NCBI GenBank assembly: GCA_027622665.1
Contig: JAQBYT010000004.1
Coordinates: forward strand, 162,434-226,433
Length of the DNA: 64,000 bases
Origin: Verrucomicrobiota bacterium
GTDB lineage: Bacteria > Verrucomicrobiota > Verrucomicrobiia > Opitutales > Seribacteraceae
Direction: 5' to 3'
Shown here piece by piece: positions 1 to 8,919 of the stretch. The translations under genes and the position numbers were made by a program. The notes beneath the pieces are model-generated. The model saw only the letters and a program-made list of their open reading frames with translations, ran no database searches and was not told where the DNA came from. The first letter of the stretch is position 1, and the number at the start of each line of letters is the position of its first letter.

Positions 1-939
1 CAGTTCGCCTTCCTTCCCGAGATGGGCGAAACGGGCGTAGCTGATACCGCCCTTGCTGTGTCGATGGTACATGGTGTGACCCCGGACGCCATCTGGATCG
101 GCGCTTTCGACGATGACGTTTCGGGATAAATTTGCCACCTCGCTACGAAACTCTCCATCCCCAGAGTGTTCCAAGCGCAAGGGTTTGTCGAGAGTGATTG
201 AGTGCCCATCGATGGCCTTAACTATTCGCTCTTCCGTGCCCACTTCCTCGTCGCGATAGGTACCCATGTTTCGCACTTTCTTGGAGGCGGTCACGATTAT
301 CTCGTCACCTACGCGCCAGTCGGAGACATTCTCATTCACGACAATCTTTGCGTCGCCCGGTTGGCAGGTCGCACCCAGTTTAACCCATGGCCTCCCAAGG
401 GGGGAGCCGTGCAATTCCATACGGGCAGAGCAACAAACCAGCGCGGGTGCATCTTTTTTGTCCATGCCCTCCAAATAGTGGAGGCGAATACGAGCAGTAT
501 GCGCTGCGGGGATTGGGTTTTGTTGCGTGCCCACTTCGAGAGTGGGCAAGGATTGCCCCAGTTGGGCGTTCGGTTCACCGTTTGGTTTCAAGCTGTTGAA
601 ATCACAGGCGAATCCACGTTCCGTACATTTGTTGCCTGCTTGAACCTTGAGTAGGCAAGCGTTGAGCTCGGTACTGCGGTCCCGGGCGAACCGGAGTGTT
701 CCGGCCACCTGAATAAGCCGTATGACGGGCGTGGTTTTTGCGTCAAAGCGAACCGAGGTGCGTGAACTAATCAATACACGGTCTCCCGCTTTTGGGAGGC
801 GTTGTGGTTGCCAGATCTTTGGATTTGTCCAATCGCCATCGGCGACCGACTTAACGGAAAACTGAACGGTCTCACGCTGTGCAGGAAGAACGGCGGTAAA
901 GGTGGTGACCAACAGGAGGATCGAGAGAATGGTCTTCAT
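1..939 (-). CDS. G8 domain-containing secreted protein (3' end runs off the window)
   Basis: Absent from the ORF track because it has no stop in the window. Manual translation from ATG 939: MKTILSILLLVTTFTAVLPAQ (signal peptide)...GDWTNPKIWQPQRLPKAGDRVLI (G8-like start)...WRVGDEIIVTAS...EVANLSRNVIVES. The ATG overlaps the upstream stop (ATGA, 936-939). Confidence 0.75.
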   Translation of the reverse strand, partial: MKTILSILLLVTTFTAVLPAQRETVQFSVKSVADGDWTNPKIWQPQRLPKAGDRVLISSRTSVRFDAKTTPVIRLIQVAGTLRFARDRSTELNACLLKVQAGNKCTERGFACDFNSLKPNGEPNAQLGQSLPTLEVGTQQNPIPAAHTARIRLHYLEGMDKKDAPALVCCSARMELHGSPLGRPWVKLGATCQPGDAKIVVNENVSDWRVGDEIIVTASKKVRNMGTYRDEEVGTEERIVKAIDGHSITLDKPLRLEHSGDGEFRSEVANLSRNVIVESADPDGVRGHTMYHRHSKGGISYARFAHLGKEGEL

Positions 940-2630
940 GGTGTGCCTTGTTTGTTAGGTTTCTTCCGTACCAGATTCCCCTTGACCGTGGCTTTGCGTC
1001 CGATGATCTCAAGGGCTTGGGAATTGATGTCGTCTGAGAAGGCGATGTTGCCCGAAGCCTCGGTTGGCTTCTCGCTGTTTCGTATGACAAGAGCGGTGCC
1101 TAGAAAAGCGTGAACTTTGTTGTCGTTTGCTGAGACTTGATTGGCTTTCGAGGCGAAAAGGGCATGTCGCCAGTGGTCCACTTCGTTGTTTGAAAAAGTA
1201 ACTGAAGAGCCTTCCCTTACCCAAGTGGCGAAGTTCGGAGGTCCACCTTTGCGGGGACCGTTGCCGTGAAAGCGGTTCTTCTCGATATGGGCGGTCCCTT
1301 GGAGCAGAACGCCGGCCACGCCACCGCCGTTTAGGTCGTTGTCGGTTAGGGTGGCGGTCGAATTCTCCAGAATGGCTACGAGTGGGGGCATGCCTCCCTT
1401 TCGGGACATGATGTTCTTTTTAGCGGTCAGCTTGGAACCATTTCGGATGCCGATGGCTACGAGGGCATTGTCGATAAGGCGGTTATTGATCAGGAGTGCT
1501 TCCGACTGATGGCGAACCCCGATGCCCGATGCCTTGTTGTCTTTGCAGAGGTTATCCACGATTTTTGCCACGACTCCATGCTCGATTCCAATCCCGGCGG
1601 CACCGTTCCCAATGCATTCGTTGCCCACTATTTCGGGATGCGCTTCGTGACGGGCACCAATGCCCGCTAGTTTGTTTTTATGACAACGATTTGAGCGAAT
1701 GATTGGTCGGGCTTCCTCCTCGGTTCCTATCCCGGCCATATCGTTTTCGAAGCAGTCGTTGTCTTCAATCACGGGGCGTGTGTCCTTACCCGTCCGTATG
1801 CCAATACCAGCCCGGCGGTTTTCATAACAACGGTTTTTCGTCACGGTGGGAGAACTGCCCTCGCTTATGCCAATACCAGCCCGGATGTTGTTGTAGCATT
1901 TGTTTCCGCGTACCATGGGACTTGCTCCATTGTGGCCAATGCCTGCGTAAAAGTTTTCGAAGCAGACGTTGTTTTCGATTAGTGCGGTGGAGCCGGCCAT
2001 GGAACCGATGCCACCGCCCATGTTGCGATAGCAGACATTGCCGATGACGCCGGGCGACACTTTCCGATCCTTGGATCCCGTGATACCGATGCCCGTGTAG
2101 CCGACGTGATGCACGATGTTGTTCTTCACTTCGCATGTGTAACGCACTTCGATGCCAGCTGTGCCGGAGACGCCGATATGCTCGTGGCTCTGCATGTTCC
2201 CCTGCGTTGCGTAATGTTTCTTCCACTTGTCGTCGTCGTAGCGACCCACCCCGGTCACGGTAAAACCATCCAAGGTCGCGTCTGCTCCCATAGTGACACC
2301 CGGACCTTTCCCTTTCGGGTGGTTCAGTATAGTGATTTCGGCCCGCTTTAGACCGAGTGCGCCCTTGGCGTCGTCTCCCGTGCTCCGGACGGTTATTCCT
2401 GCTTTCAGGACTATCCGCTCGCGGTAGGTGCCTGCCTCCACAAGGACGCGGTCGTTCGGTTCGGCTTTGTCGATGGCCGATTGTATCGAGGGGTAGTCTT
2501 TCGGCACCAGCAAATCGGCGGCACTGGTCCTATGGACGAAAGAAGTGAGTTGGGCCGTCGCGAAAATTACGAGTGGGAGAAACGCTTTCATTGTAAAAAT
2601 AAAGGACTTGATTTGGGTTTTCATTTGCAT
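936..2630 (-). CDS. Right-handed parallel beta-helix repeat protein (pectin lyase-like fold)
   Basis: Signal peptide, then VPKDYPSIQSAIDKAEPNDRVLVEAGTYRE cap and many ~22-aa N-x-C-x-x-N-x-x-AGIG repeats. The true start may be a later Met. Confidence 0.8.
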   Translation of the reverse strand: MQMKTQIKSFIFTMKAFLPLVIFATAQLTSFVHRTSAADLLVPKDYPSIQSAIDKAEPNDRVLVEAGTYRERIVLKAGITVRSTGDDAKGALGLKRAEITILNHPKGKGPGVTMGADATLDGFTVTGVGRYDDDKWKKHYATQGNMQSHEHIGVSGTAGIEVRYTCEVKNNIVHHVGYTGIGITGSKDRKVSPGVIGNVCYRNMGGGIGSMAGSTALIENNVCFENFYAGIGHNGASPMVRGNKCYNNIRAGIGISEGSSPTVTKNRCYENRRAGIGIRTGKDTRPVIEDNDCFENDMAGIGTEEEARPIIRSNRCHKNKLAGIGARHEAHPEIVGNECIGNGAAGIGIEHGVVAKIVDNLCKDNKASGIGVRHQSEALLINNRLIDNALVAIGIRNGSKLTAKKNIMSRKGGMPPLVAILENSTATLTDNDLNGGGVAGVLLQGTAHIEKNRFHGNGPRKGGPPNFATWVREGSSVTFSNNEVDHWRHALFASKANQVSANDNKVHAFLGTALVIRNSEKPTEASGNIAFSDDINSQALEIIGRKATVKGNLVRKKPNKQGTP

Positions 2631-2684
2631 AACTTTACGTTCTTTCGGTTGATGTTTTCACCCATCATTGGCGGATTTCGTCGT

Positions 2685-3659
2685 TTATTTTTTCGCCAGC
2701 ACCCAGATGTTTCGGTAGCGGACGGGGTTACCATGATCTTGGAAATGAAAGGTGCCGGCTTTGTGATTGAGTTCTACTTTGTCGTGAATTTTGATTCCGT
2801 TGTGGTGGGCGGTCATGAGTGCCTTCTTCCCGCCTTTCTGCACACGATACTCGACATCGTAGGCTTGCCATTGGAGAGGAGGGAGGGAAGCGAAGTTGAA
2901 GGTGGCGTCCTTTTTGCCCACGAGGCTGGGGATCGGTTCCATTACGTCGGGGTTCTTGTATTTGTAGAGTCCGCCGCAACCGCCGCCGAGATAGGTGACG
3001 GCGCCGAAGGAGTCGAGCACTTGAATTTCCTGACCATTGGCTAGGTAGAATCCACTATTACCACGACCTTGGCCGCGGGCAGTCGATCGAAGGTTGCAGT
3101 TGAACTCGACGTGAGCGTCGTAGTCGCCCTCGATCTTCTTGACGGAGTTCATTCCGCCCTTGGGGACTTGAATGGAACCGTCTTTCTTGTCTATATGAAT
3201 CCATTCGCCCGAACGGGCTTTCATGTTGTCGAAATTTTTCCCGTCGATGAGGACGATGGCTCCGGCAGGAGGTTTCTTGCCGAGGGCAGGGGACTTTCTT
3301 ACAATTCGCTTGATCGAAAGGGAACCCTTCTTCCCGATGGTTCCGTCTATTGCGCCATCCTTGAAACTGGCCTTGCAGTCGGCTCCACCGATTGAACCCC
3401 CAAAGGTTACGCCTCCCGATTTCGCGTCCGTTTTTCCGTCGATCTCGGCTCGGACGATCTTGCCGTCCAGTTTGCGGCGGGCGAGCAACTTGAAGGTACC
3501 CTTGCCCATGGCCACCACGCGGACCTCTGTCTCGGCCGAGCCGGCGGCGTCCTTCCACGATCCCTCGTAGAGACCTTGTACGCTTTCTTCGGTCGGAGGC
3601 TTGGCGATTGCAAGTGCAGCTAGAAAAGGAAGGAGCAGTACTGTTTTTGGGATATTCAT
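2685..3659 (-). CDS. DUF1080 (3-keto-disaccharide hydrolase-like) protein with N-terminal extension
   Basis: PPAGAIVLIDGK, RGNSGFY, EIQVLDS and C-terminal FQDHGNPVRYRNIWV; signal peptide. Confidence 0.85.
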   Translation of the reverse strand: MNIPKTVLLLPFLAALAIAKPPTEESVQGLYEGSWKDAAGSAETEVRVVAMGKGTFKLLARRKLDGKIVRAEIDGKTDAKSGGVTFGGSIGGADCKASFKDGAIDGTIGKKGSLSIKRIVRKSPALGKKPPAGAIVLIDGKNFDNMKARSGEWIHIDKKDGSIQVPKGGMNSVKKIEGDYDAHVEFNCNLRSTARGQGRGNSGFYLANGQEIQVLDSFGAVTYLGGGCGGLYKYKNPDVMEPIPSLVGKKDATFNFASLPPLQWQAYDVEYRVQKGGKKALMTAHHNGIKIHDKVELNHKAGTFHFQDHGNPVRYRNIWVLAKK

Positions 3660-3707
3660 GGTTGAGTGGCTTTGAGTTGTGGAAAGGAAAGTAACGTTCG
3701 GCTTTCT

Positions 3708-4931
3708 CTACTTGCGAACGTCGTAGGCCAACAGGATATCCTGATCCCTGACGTATAGAACACCGTCGCTCACTACCGGATGTGGCCAAGCTTTCGCCTT
3801 GGAGCGTTCGGGTTGGTCGAACTTGCTGATTTGGCGGTATTCCTTCGGGTTGAGCTCCACGAGGGCGAGAGGTCCGTTTTCAGCCCGCAAAATGATTTTG
3901 CCGTCGATAATCAGTATCGCACCCTTGCCCGCGCTGCGCTGCCGCCACATTTCCTTACCCGTCTTGAGTTCTACGCAAGCGAGGGTGCCGTTGCTTGAAG
4001 CGTAGACGTAATCGCCCACTCGGATACAACCACCGTGGTGGTTCGAGATCGTCTTGTTGGCATAGATTTCCTTGGCCGAGAAGTTTCCCCCCGAGTGGGT
4101 CACCTTGAAACCGTTGCAACCTACGCCGTAGGCACTGCTGACGAAAACATGTCCCTCATGGAAAATGGGGGTGCTGATCGTAGCCGTTTTCCCTTTGCGG
4201 GGAGCTTGCCAAAGCACCTTCCCCGTAGAGGCTTCAAGTCCGACTACGTTGGCCCCTGTGAGCTGGACGTACTGTCTCTTGCCCCCAAACTCTCGAACGA
4301 TCAACGAGCTGTATTGGGCTCCATCGGTGAATTCCTTACTTTGCCAGAGGAGCTCTCCGGTTTTCTTGTCCAGGGCTACCACCGCGCCTTGTTTCCCCCC
4401 GGGAGTGACGATCACCTTGCCTTCGTCGACCAAGGGGCTCTCGGTGTAGTTCCATCCGCCGGATCGGCCGCCGAAGTCCTTGGTCAGGCTCTTCCGCCAG
4501 ACTTCCGAACCATCGGAGGCCTGCAGACAGACTAAGTCGCCGAACTGGCCCAGAGCGTAGAGATGACCATCATCGAAAGTGGGTGTGCAACGGGTCCCCT
4601 TGTAGTTCCCGCCGGTCTTTCCAACGGGTTTGGAGGACCAGATGATTTTGCCGTCCTTTGGGTTGAGGCAGTGAACATTGCTTGATTCCTTGCCGTCCCC
4701 CATGGTGTAGATTCGACCTCCGCTCACGCTTACGCTGGAAAACCCTGCTCCCACCCCGGTCGCTTTCCATAGCAACTTGGGGCCACCCTCCGGCCATTCG
4801 TCGAGAATGCCGGTTTCGGTGGAGACTCCGTCGCGATTCGGCCCGCGCCATTGCGGCCAGTCGGCGGCGAAGGTCGACAGCGCGAAGGTCGACAAAGTAA
4901 GGATTAGTATGGAAAGCTGTGTTTTTTTCAT
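3708..4931 (-). CDS. PQQ-binding-like beta-propeller protein (BamB-like)
   Basis: Signal peptide plus DWPQWRGPNRDG and repeated ALDxxTGxxxW motifs. Start placed at MKKTQ. Confidence 0.9.
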   Translation of the reverse strand: MKKTQLSILILTLSTFALSTFAADWPQWRGPNRDGVSTETGILDEWPEGGPKLLWKATGVGAGFSSVSVSGGRIYTMGDGKESSNVHCLNPKDGKIIWSSKPVGKTGGNYKGTRCTPTFDDGHLYALGQFGDLVCLQASDGSEVWRKSLTKDFGGRSGGWNYTESPLVDEGKVIVTPGGKQGAVVALDKKTGELLWQSKEFTDGAQYSSLIVREFGGKRQYVQLTGANVVGLEASTGKVLWQAPRKGKTATISTPIFHEGHVFVSSAYGVGCNGFKVTHSGGNFSAKEIYANKTISNHHGGCIRVGDYVYASSNGTLACVELKTGKEMWRQRSAGKGAILIIDGKIILRAENGPLALVELNPKEYRQISKFDQPERSKAKAWPHPVVSDGVLYVRDQDILLAYDVRK

Positions 4932-5258
4932 AATGGGTGTTGATCCGTGGTTGCTCCATTCCGTCACCTCGTGTCCGGACTGCAATTACAAAAGATGCCC
5001 GGAATGCGGTTTCTTGAAAGCGCCCCGAAGGAATTTCACTACGGTCTCAGGCAAGCAACTCTCCCAGAGACCTGACTAATCGAGATCCTCGAGGATGGGG
5101 TCGAATTTGCCGCAAGGTAAGGAACGCTTGCCAAAAGATCACGCCACCTTCGGGTGGCTTGACCTACGCATCGTCTCCATCCGTACCGTTGACCGTGGAT
5201 TGCGACTCAAGTCAACAACCAGATCAATCATCCAATCCAGACGGGAATCTCCTCCCGA

Positions 5259-7580
5259 CTACGCCACCTTGGACTTCTCGTAGAGGTATTTCTGGAACTC
5301 CACGAACAACCGACCGATCTCGGCGGCATCGCCCAGTTCCCGGATCGCGTCGTGGATGCCTCCATACTTCAGTTCGAGAATATTTTTCAGCTTCTCTGGC
5401 TGTAGTTCGCTTACGCCTTCCTTCACGTACTGCGTGAGCACGAAGTCTAGAAAGGCCTGTTGCTTGTCCTCGTAGTGCGAAAAGATCAGGTCCTTGTTTT
5501 CCGTCACTCGCTCTTCCCGGGTCTGGGTGGCGAGTGAAAAGGCGATGTAGGCCAGCACGTCGAACACGTCGCTCTTTTCTGCCCCGATTATCTTCTTGGC
5601 CTCTTCCAGTTGCTCGATCGAGTAGCCCTTTTCCGACAATCCTTCCATCAGGGACTTTCGGGTATCCGGCTGGCTCCAAATCTCGCGTAATTGTTTTTCG
5701 TCGTGAAAGAAGGCGGGTAAATCACCGAACAAGTTCTGCACGAATTCAGCGGCGGAGATCGGGTGCCCATCCGCGTGCCAAAAAGTGGTTTGCGACATGT
5801 GCTGGATCTGGCGTTCCTTGCCGTCGGCCAAGGTGATTTTCACTATTTGCTTCTTTTTCCCGTATTCCCTTTCCGGCGGTGGTTCGCTGACTATGTCGTC
5901 GTCCTTTTCCTCACGCGGCTTCGGTTCCGCAGGTTCCAGCGGTTCGCCGTCCCATTCCTCGTCGTTGAAGTGCTCGTAGGCCTTCACGAAATCGTGAATG
6001 GTGAAGTAATCTTTTCCGTCGAAGGTGCGGGTGCCCCGGCCGATGATCTGCTTGAACTCGATCATCGATTTCACCGGTCGCATCAGCACGATGTGGCGAA
6101 CGTTTCGCGCATCCACTCCGGTGGAAAGTTTTCTTGATGTGGTGAGGATGGTGGGGATGGTCTTCTCGTTGTCCTGAAACACACGCAACTGCTGTTCGCC
6201 CAGTTTGCCGTCGTTCGCCGTCACTCGCACACAGTAATTCGGTTCCGTGCTCGACGCGTATTGATTGATCAAATCGCGCACCGCGAGGGCATGTACCTGC
6301 GTGGAGCAGAAAACGATGGTTTTTTCACGTTGGTCGATCGAGTCCATGAAGATTTGCACCCGCTTGGCCTCACGTTCCTTGATCTCGATGATGACGTTGA
6401 AATCCTTCTCCTCGTAGCGTTTACCCGTTTCCACCTCGCCGTCCTCGATCTCGTCGTCGTCGACGTAGACATAGTCGTCGAGCGTGGTCGATATCTGGTT
6501 CACCCGGAAGGGGGTGAGGAAACCGTCGTTGATGCCTTCCTTCAGCGAGTAGACGTAGACCGGTTTGCCAAAGTAGTCGTAGGTGTCCGCATTATGTTCC
6601 CGCTTGGGGGTGGCGGTCAGCCCCAATTGTACGGCGGGAGAAAAATAGTCCAGGATTCCACGCCAGCTGCTTTCGTCCTTGGCTCCCCCACGGTGGCACT
6701 CGTCGATCACGATGAAGTCGAAGAAGTCCGGCGGGTATTCCCCAAAGTAAGGCTCCGATTCGCCTTCCTCGTCCCGTCCGCTCATGAAGGTCTGGAAGAT
6801 GGTGAAGAATATGCTCCCGTTCTTGGGTACGCGTCCCTTCTTGCTGATCTCGTCGGGAGCGATCCGCACCAAGGCATCCTCCTCGAAGGCGGAAAACGAA
6901 TTGAATGCCTGATCCGCCAAAATGTTTCGATCGGCGAGAAATAAAATGCGTGGTCGCCTTCCCGGTTCCCGGCTCAAGTTCCACTTGCTCTCGAAGAGTT
7001 TCCAAGCCAGCTGGAACGCGATGAAGGTCTTGCCCGTCCCCGTGGCCAGGGTGAGCAGGATGCGGTCTTCGCCCGCCGCAATCGCCTCCAAAGTTTTGTT
7101 GATCGCATTGTGCTGGTAGTAGCGGGCCTCCCAGTTGCCGCCCTTGTCCTCGAAGGGTATTGCCGCAAATCGGTCGCGCCACTGGTTTGCCTCCGCGAAG
7201 GTTTCCGTCCAGAGCTCGTCCGGGGTAGGGTAGTTCGCCACCTCGCCCTCGTTGCCCGTGTGCATATCCGCTCGGTAGATGCCCACTCCATTCGTGGAAT
7301 AGGCGAACCGCGCCTGCAAACGCTCGCAATATTTCTTGGCCTGGGCCAGCCCCTCGGTCACCGGCAGGTCCCGCTTCTTCGCCTCCACCACCGCCAGCTT
7401 TTGCCCCCGGTAGGTCAATACGTAGTCTGCAATGTCCGAGCTCGCCCGTCGGCCTGCGCCCTGTATCCGCCCCGGGGAAATGATCACCTCCCGCCCAACC
7501 CGGCTCTCGGGCGTCACGCCCCAACCCGCCGCCTTCAGGGCGGGGTCGATCAGTTCGGCTCGGGTTTCCGCTTCGTTCAT
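5259..7580 (-). CDS. hsdR: Type I restriction enzyme R subunit (EcoAI/EcoEI-like, short type)
   Basis: Nuclease motif ADYVL...VVEAKK, Walker A LATGTGKT, DECH, LTATP, QIIGRGTR. ATG 7580 overlaps the fic stop (ATGA). Confidence 0.93.
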   Translation of the reverse strand: MNEAETRAELIDPALKAAGWGVTPESRVGREVIISPGRIQGAGRRASSDIADYVLTYRGQKLAVVEAKKRDLPVTEGLAQAKKYCERLQARFAYSTNGVGIYRADMHTGNEGEVANYPTPDELWTETFAEANQWRDRFAAIPFEDKGGNWEARYYQHNAINKTLEAIAAGEDRILLTLATGTGKTFIAFQLAWKLFESKWNLSREPGRRPRILFLADRNILADQAFNSFSAFEEDALVRIAPDEISKKGRVPKNGSIFFTIFQTFMSGRDEEGESEPYFGEYPPDFFDFIVIDECHRGGAKDESSWRGILDYFSPAVQLGLTATPKREHNADTYDYFGKPVYVYSLKEGINDGFLTPFRVNQISTTLDDYVYVDDDEIEDGEVETGKRYEEKDFNVIIEIKEREAKRVQIFMDSIDQREKTIVFCSTQVHALAVRDLINQYASSTEPNYCVRVTANDGKLGEQQLRVFQDNEKTIPTILTTSRKLSTGVDARNVRHIVLMRPVKSMIEFKQIIGRGTRTFDGKDYFTIHDFVKAYEHFNDEEWDGEPLEPAEPKPREEKDDDIVSEPPPEREYGKKKQIVKITLADGKERQIQHMSQTTFWHADGHPISAAEFVQNLFGDLPAFFHDEKQLREIWSQPDTRKSLMEGLSEKGYSIEQLEEAKKIIGAEKSDVFDVLAYIAFSLATQTREERVTENKDLIFSHYEDKQQAFLDFVLTQYVKEGVSELQPEKLKNILELKYGGIHDAIRELGDAAEIGRLFVEFQKYLYEKSKVA

Positions 7581-8581
7581 AAGCAAAGAACGTACCTCCC
7601 CGTCTTCTTGCTGCCAACCTTTTCCACCAGTCCGGCCTCCAATAGAGGTTTCAGCAGATTCATCGCCCCTTGCCGGGATACTCCCAGCGCCTCCCAGATT
7701 TCGGAAGGGGCCAGACTACCTTGGTCCCGTAGCAATTTCAGCAACCGTTCCTGCCTCGGACGTAGCGTAATCTTACCCGTTTGCTTTACGTTCAGCGAAC
7801 GGATCCGCATCCAGACGCGTTCCAAAGTCTGCCTCAAGCCCTCGGCGCAGTATTCCAGCCAGCCCGTCAGGTCTTCACCCTTCTTTCGTACGGAGGCGAG
7901 CGCATCATAGTAGTCCCGGCGCTGCTCCCAGTAATATTCATCCACCGAAAACACGTGATGCGTGTCGTACCCCCTACGATACAGCTCCCAAAGGGCGATC
8001 GCCCGACCCACGCGCCCATTGCCATCGGCAAAGGGATGAATCGCTTCAAAGCGATAATGCAGAATGGCCGAGCTCAGAACGGGCGACAATTCGCCTGATC
8101 GCTTGTTCCACCATTCCAGCAATTCGAACACCAAGCCGGAGACCATGCTCGGTTCCGGGGGCAGGTAGTCGCCCACTCGTACTTTGATCGTTCTGTAGCG
8201 CCCTGCCTCGCCTTGGTCCATCACCCCATCGGCGAGAATCTCGTGGAGGCGGAACAAGTCGTCATGGCCAAGCTTCTTTTTTTTCGCCTGTTTTTCGACA
8301 TGCCGCAGGCCGGCGAAATAGTTTAACACCTCCCTGCGGGAACGCTCCGTATCCCCGACGGATTCATCCCCTGCCTCCAGCGCCCGCACTTGTTCCAGAG
8401 TCAGGGGGTTTCCTTCGATTGCGGTGGATGCATGGGCGTTGCGCGACTGACTGTCCTTTTGCAAAGCCGGCATCCACGCCAGTTCCACCGCCGCCAACTG
8501 CAACCGTTCACGCAATGCGCTCACCTCCTCGACCAGAGAAAGCAGCTGCGGCGTAATGGTGAACTGTGGCTCGTAACTCAC
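7577..8581 (-). CDS. Fic family protein (class II-type, auto-inhibitory helix) with C-terminal HTH
   Basis: Canonical HPFADGNGRVGR motif. N-terminal inhibitory (S/T)xxxE(G/N) motif STAIEGN. C-terminal winged-HTH-like segment PSEIWEALGVSRQGAMNLLKPLLEAGLVEKVGSKKTGRY. GTG start. Confidence 0.92.
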   Translation of the reverse strand: MSYEPQFTITPQLLSLVEEVSALRERLQLAAVELAWMPALQKDSQSRNAHASTAIEGNPLTLEQVRALEAGDESVGDTERSRREVLNYFAGLRHVEKQAKKKKLGHDDLFRLHEILADGVMDQGEAGRYRTIKVRVGDYLPPEPSMVSGLVFELLEWWNKRSGELSPVLSSAILHYRFEAIHPFADGNGRVGRAIALWELYRRGYDTHHVFSVDEYYWEQRRDYYDALASVRKKGEDLTGWLEYCAEGLRQTLERVWMRIRSLNVKQTGKITLRPRQERLLKLLRDQGSLAPSEIWEALGVSRQGAMNLLKPLLEAGLVEKVGSKKTGRYVLCL

Positions 8582-8589
8582 GATGGTAA

Positions 8590-8619
8590 GTCAAGCATCT
8601 GTCAACTTTTCTGTCAACT
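8590..8619 (-). promoter_or_regulatory. Tandem TTGAC(AGA) direct repeats just upstream of fic (putative operator/-35 boxes)
   Basis: Minus strand reads AGTTGACAGA-aa-AGTTGACAGA-tgc-TTGAC-ttaccatc-GTG: two exact 10-mers with a 12-bp period plus a third TTGAC. Confidence 0.5.
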
Positions 8620-8645
8620 CTCCTTCGGGAATCCACTTCACACCC

Positions 8646-8885
8646 TGTCATTGCGAGGAAGGCGTCAGCCTGACGGGCAATCCAGCGAAACCATCCCACC
8701 TCACCCCTTCTTGTCATTGCGAGGAGGGCGTTAGCCTGACGTGGCAATCCAGCGGTTGCGTTGGGCATCGCCCGGGCATCCCATGTCACGCCTCATACTG
8801 GATTGCCACGTCAGTTCTCTTCGAGATCTTCCTCGCAATGACAGAGTGTCTGGATTGCCGCGCCACTTCGTGGCTCGCAATGACA
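8646..8885. repeat. Cluster of four REP-like palindromic repeats (TGTCATTGCGAG...GCAATCCAG), two forward and two inverted
   Basis: Copies at 8646-8685 (+), 8712-8752 (+), 8798-8843 (-) and 8850-8885 (-). All share TGTCATTGCGAG and GGCAATCCAG ends around a variable core. They resemble CGTC/TGTC-tagged REP families. Confidence 0.85.
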
Positions 8886-8919
8886 ATCCGCAAGTCCGAA
8901 AACTTAAGGCAAGCCGGTC

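Noticed and set aside
5040..5250. Small hairpins downstream of hsdR (GCCACC-TTCG-GGTGGC; GGTCTC...GAGACC)
   Set aside because: Short stems with no U tract or promoter; not enough to call an RNA, terminator or att site.
8646..8885. Repeat cluster as a mini CRISPR array
   Set aside because: The copies switch orientation, vary internally, have irregular 6-45 bp gaps, and no cas genes are present.
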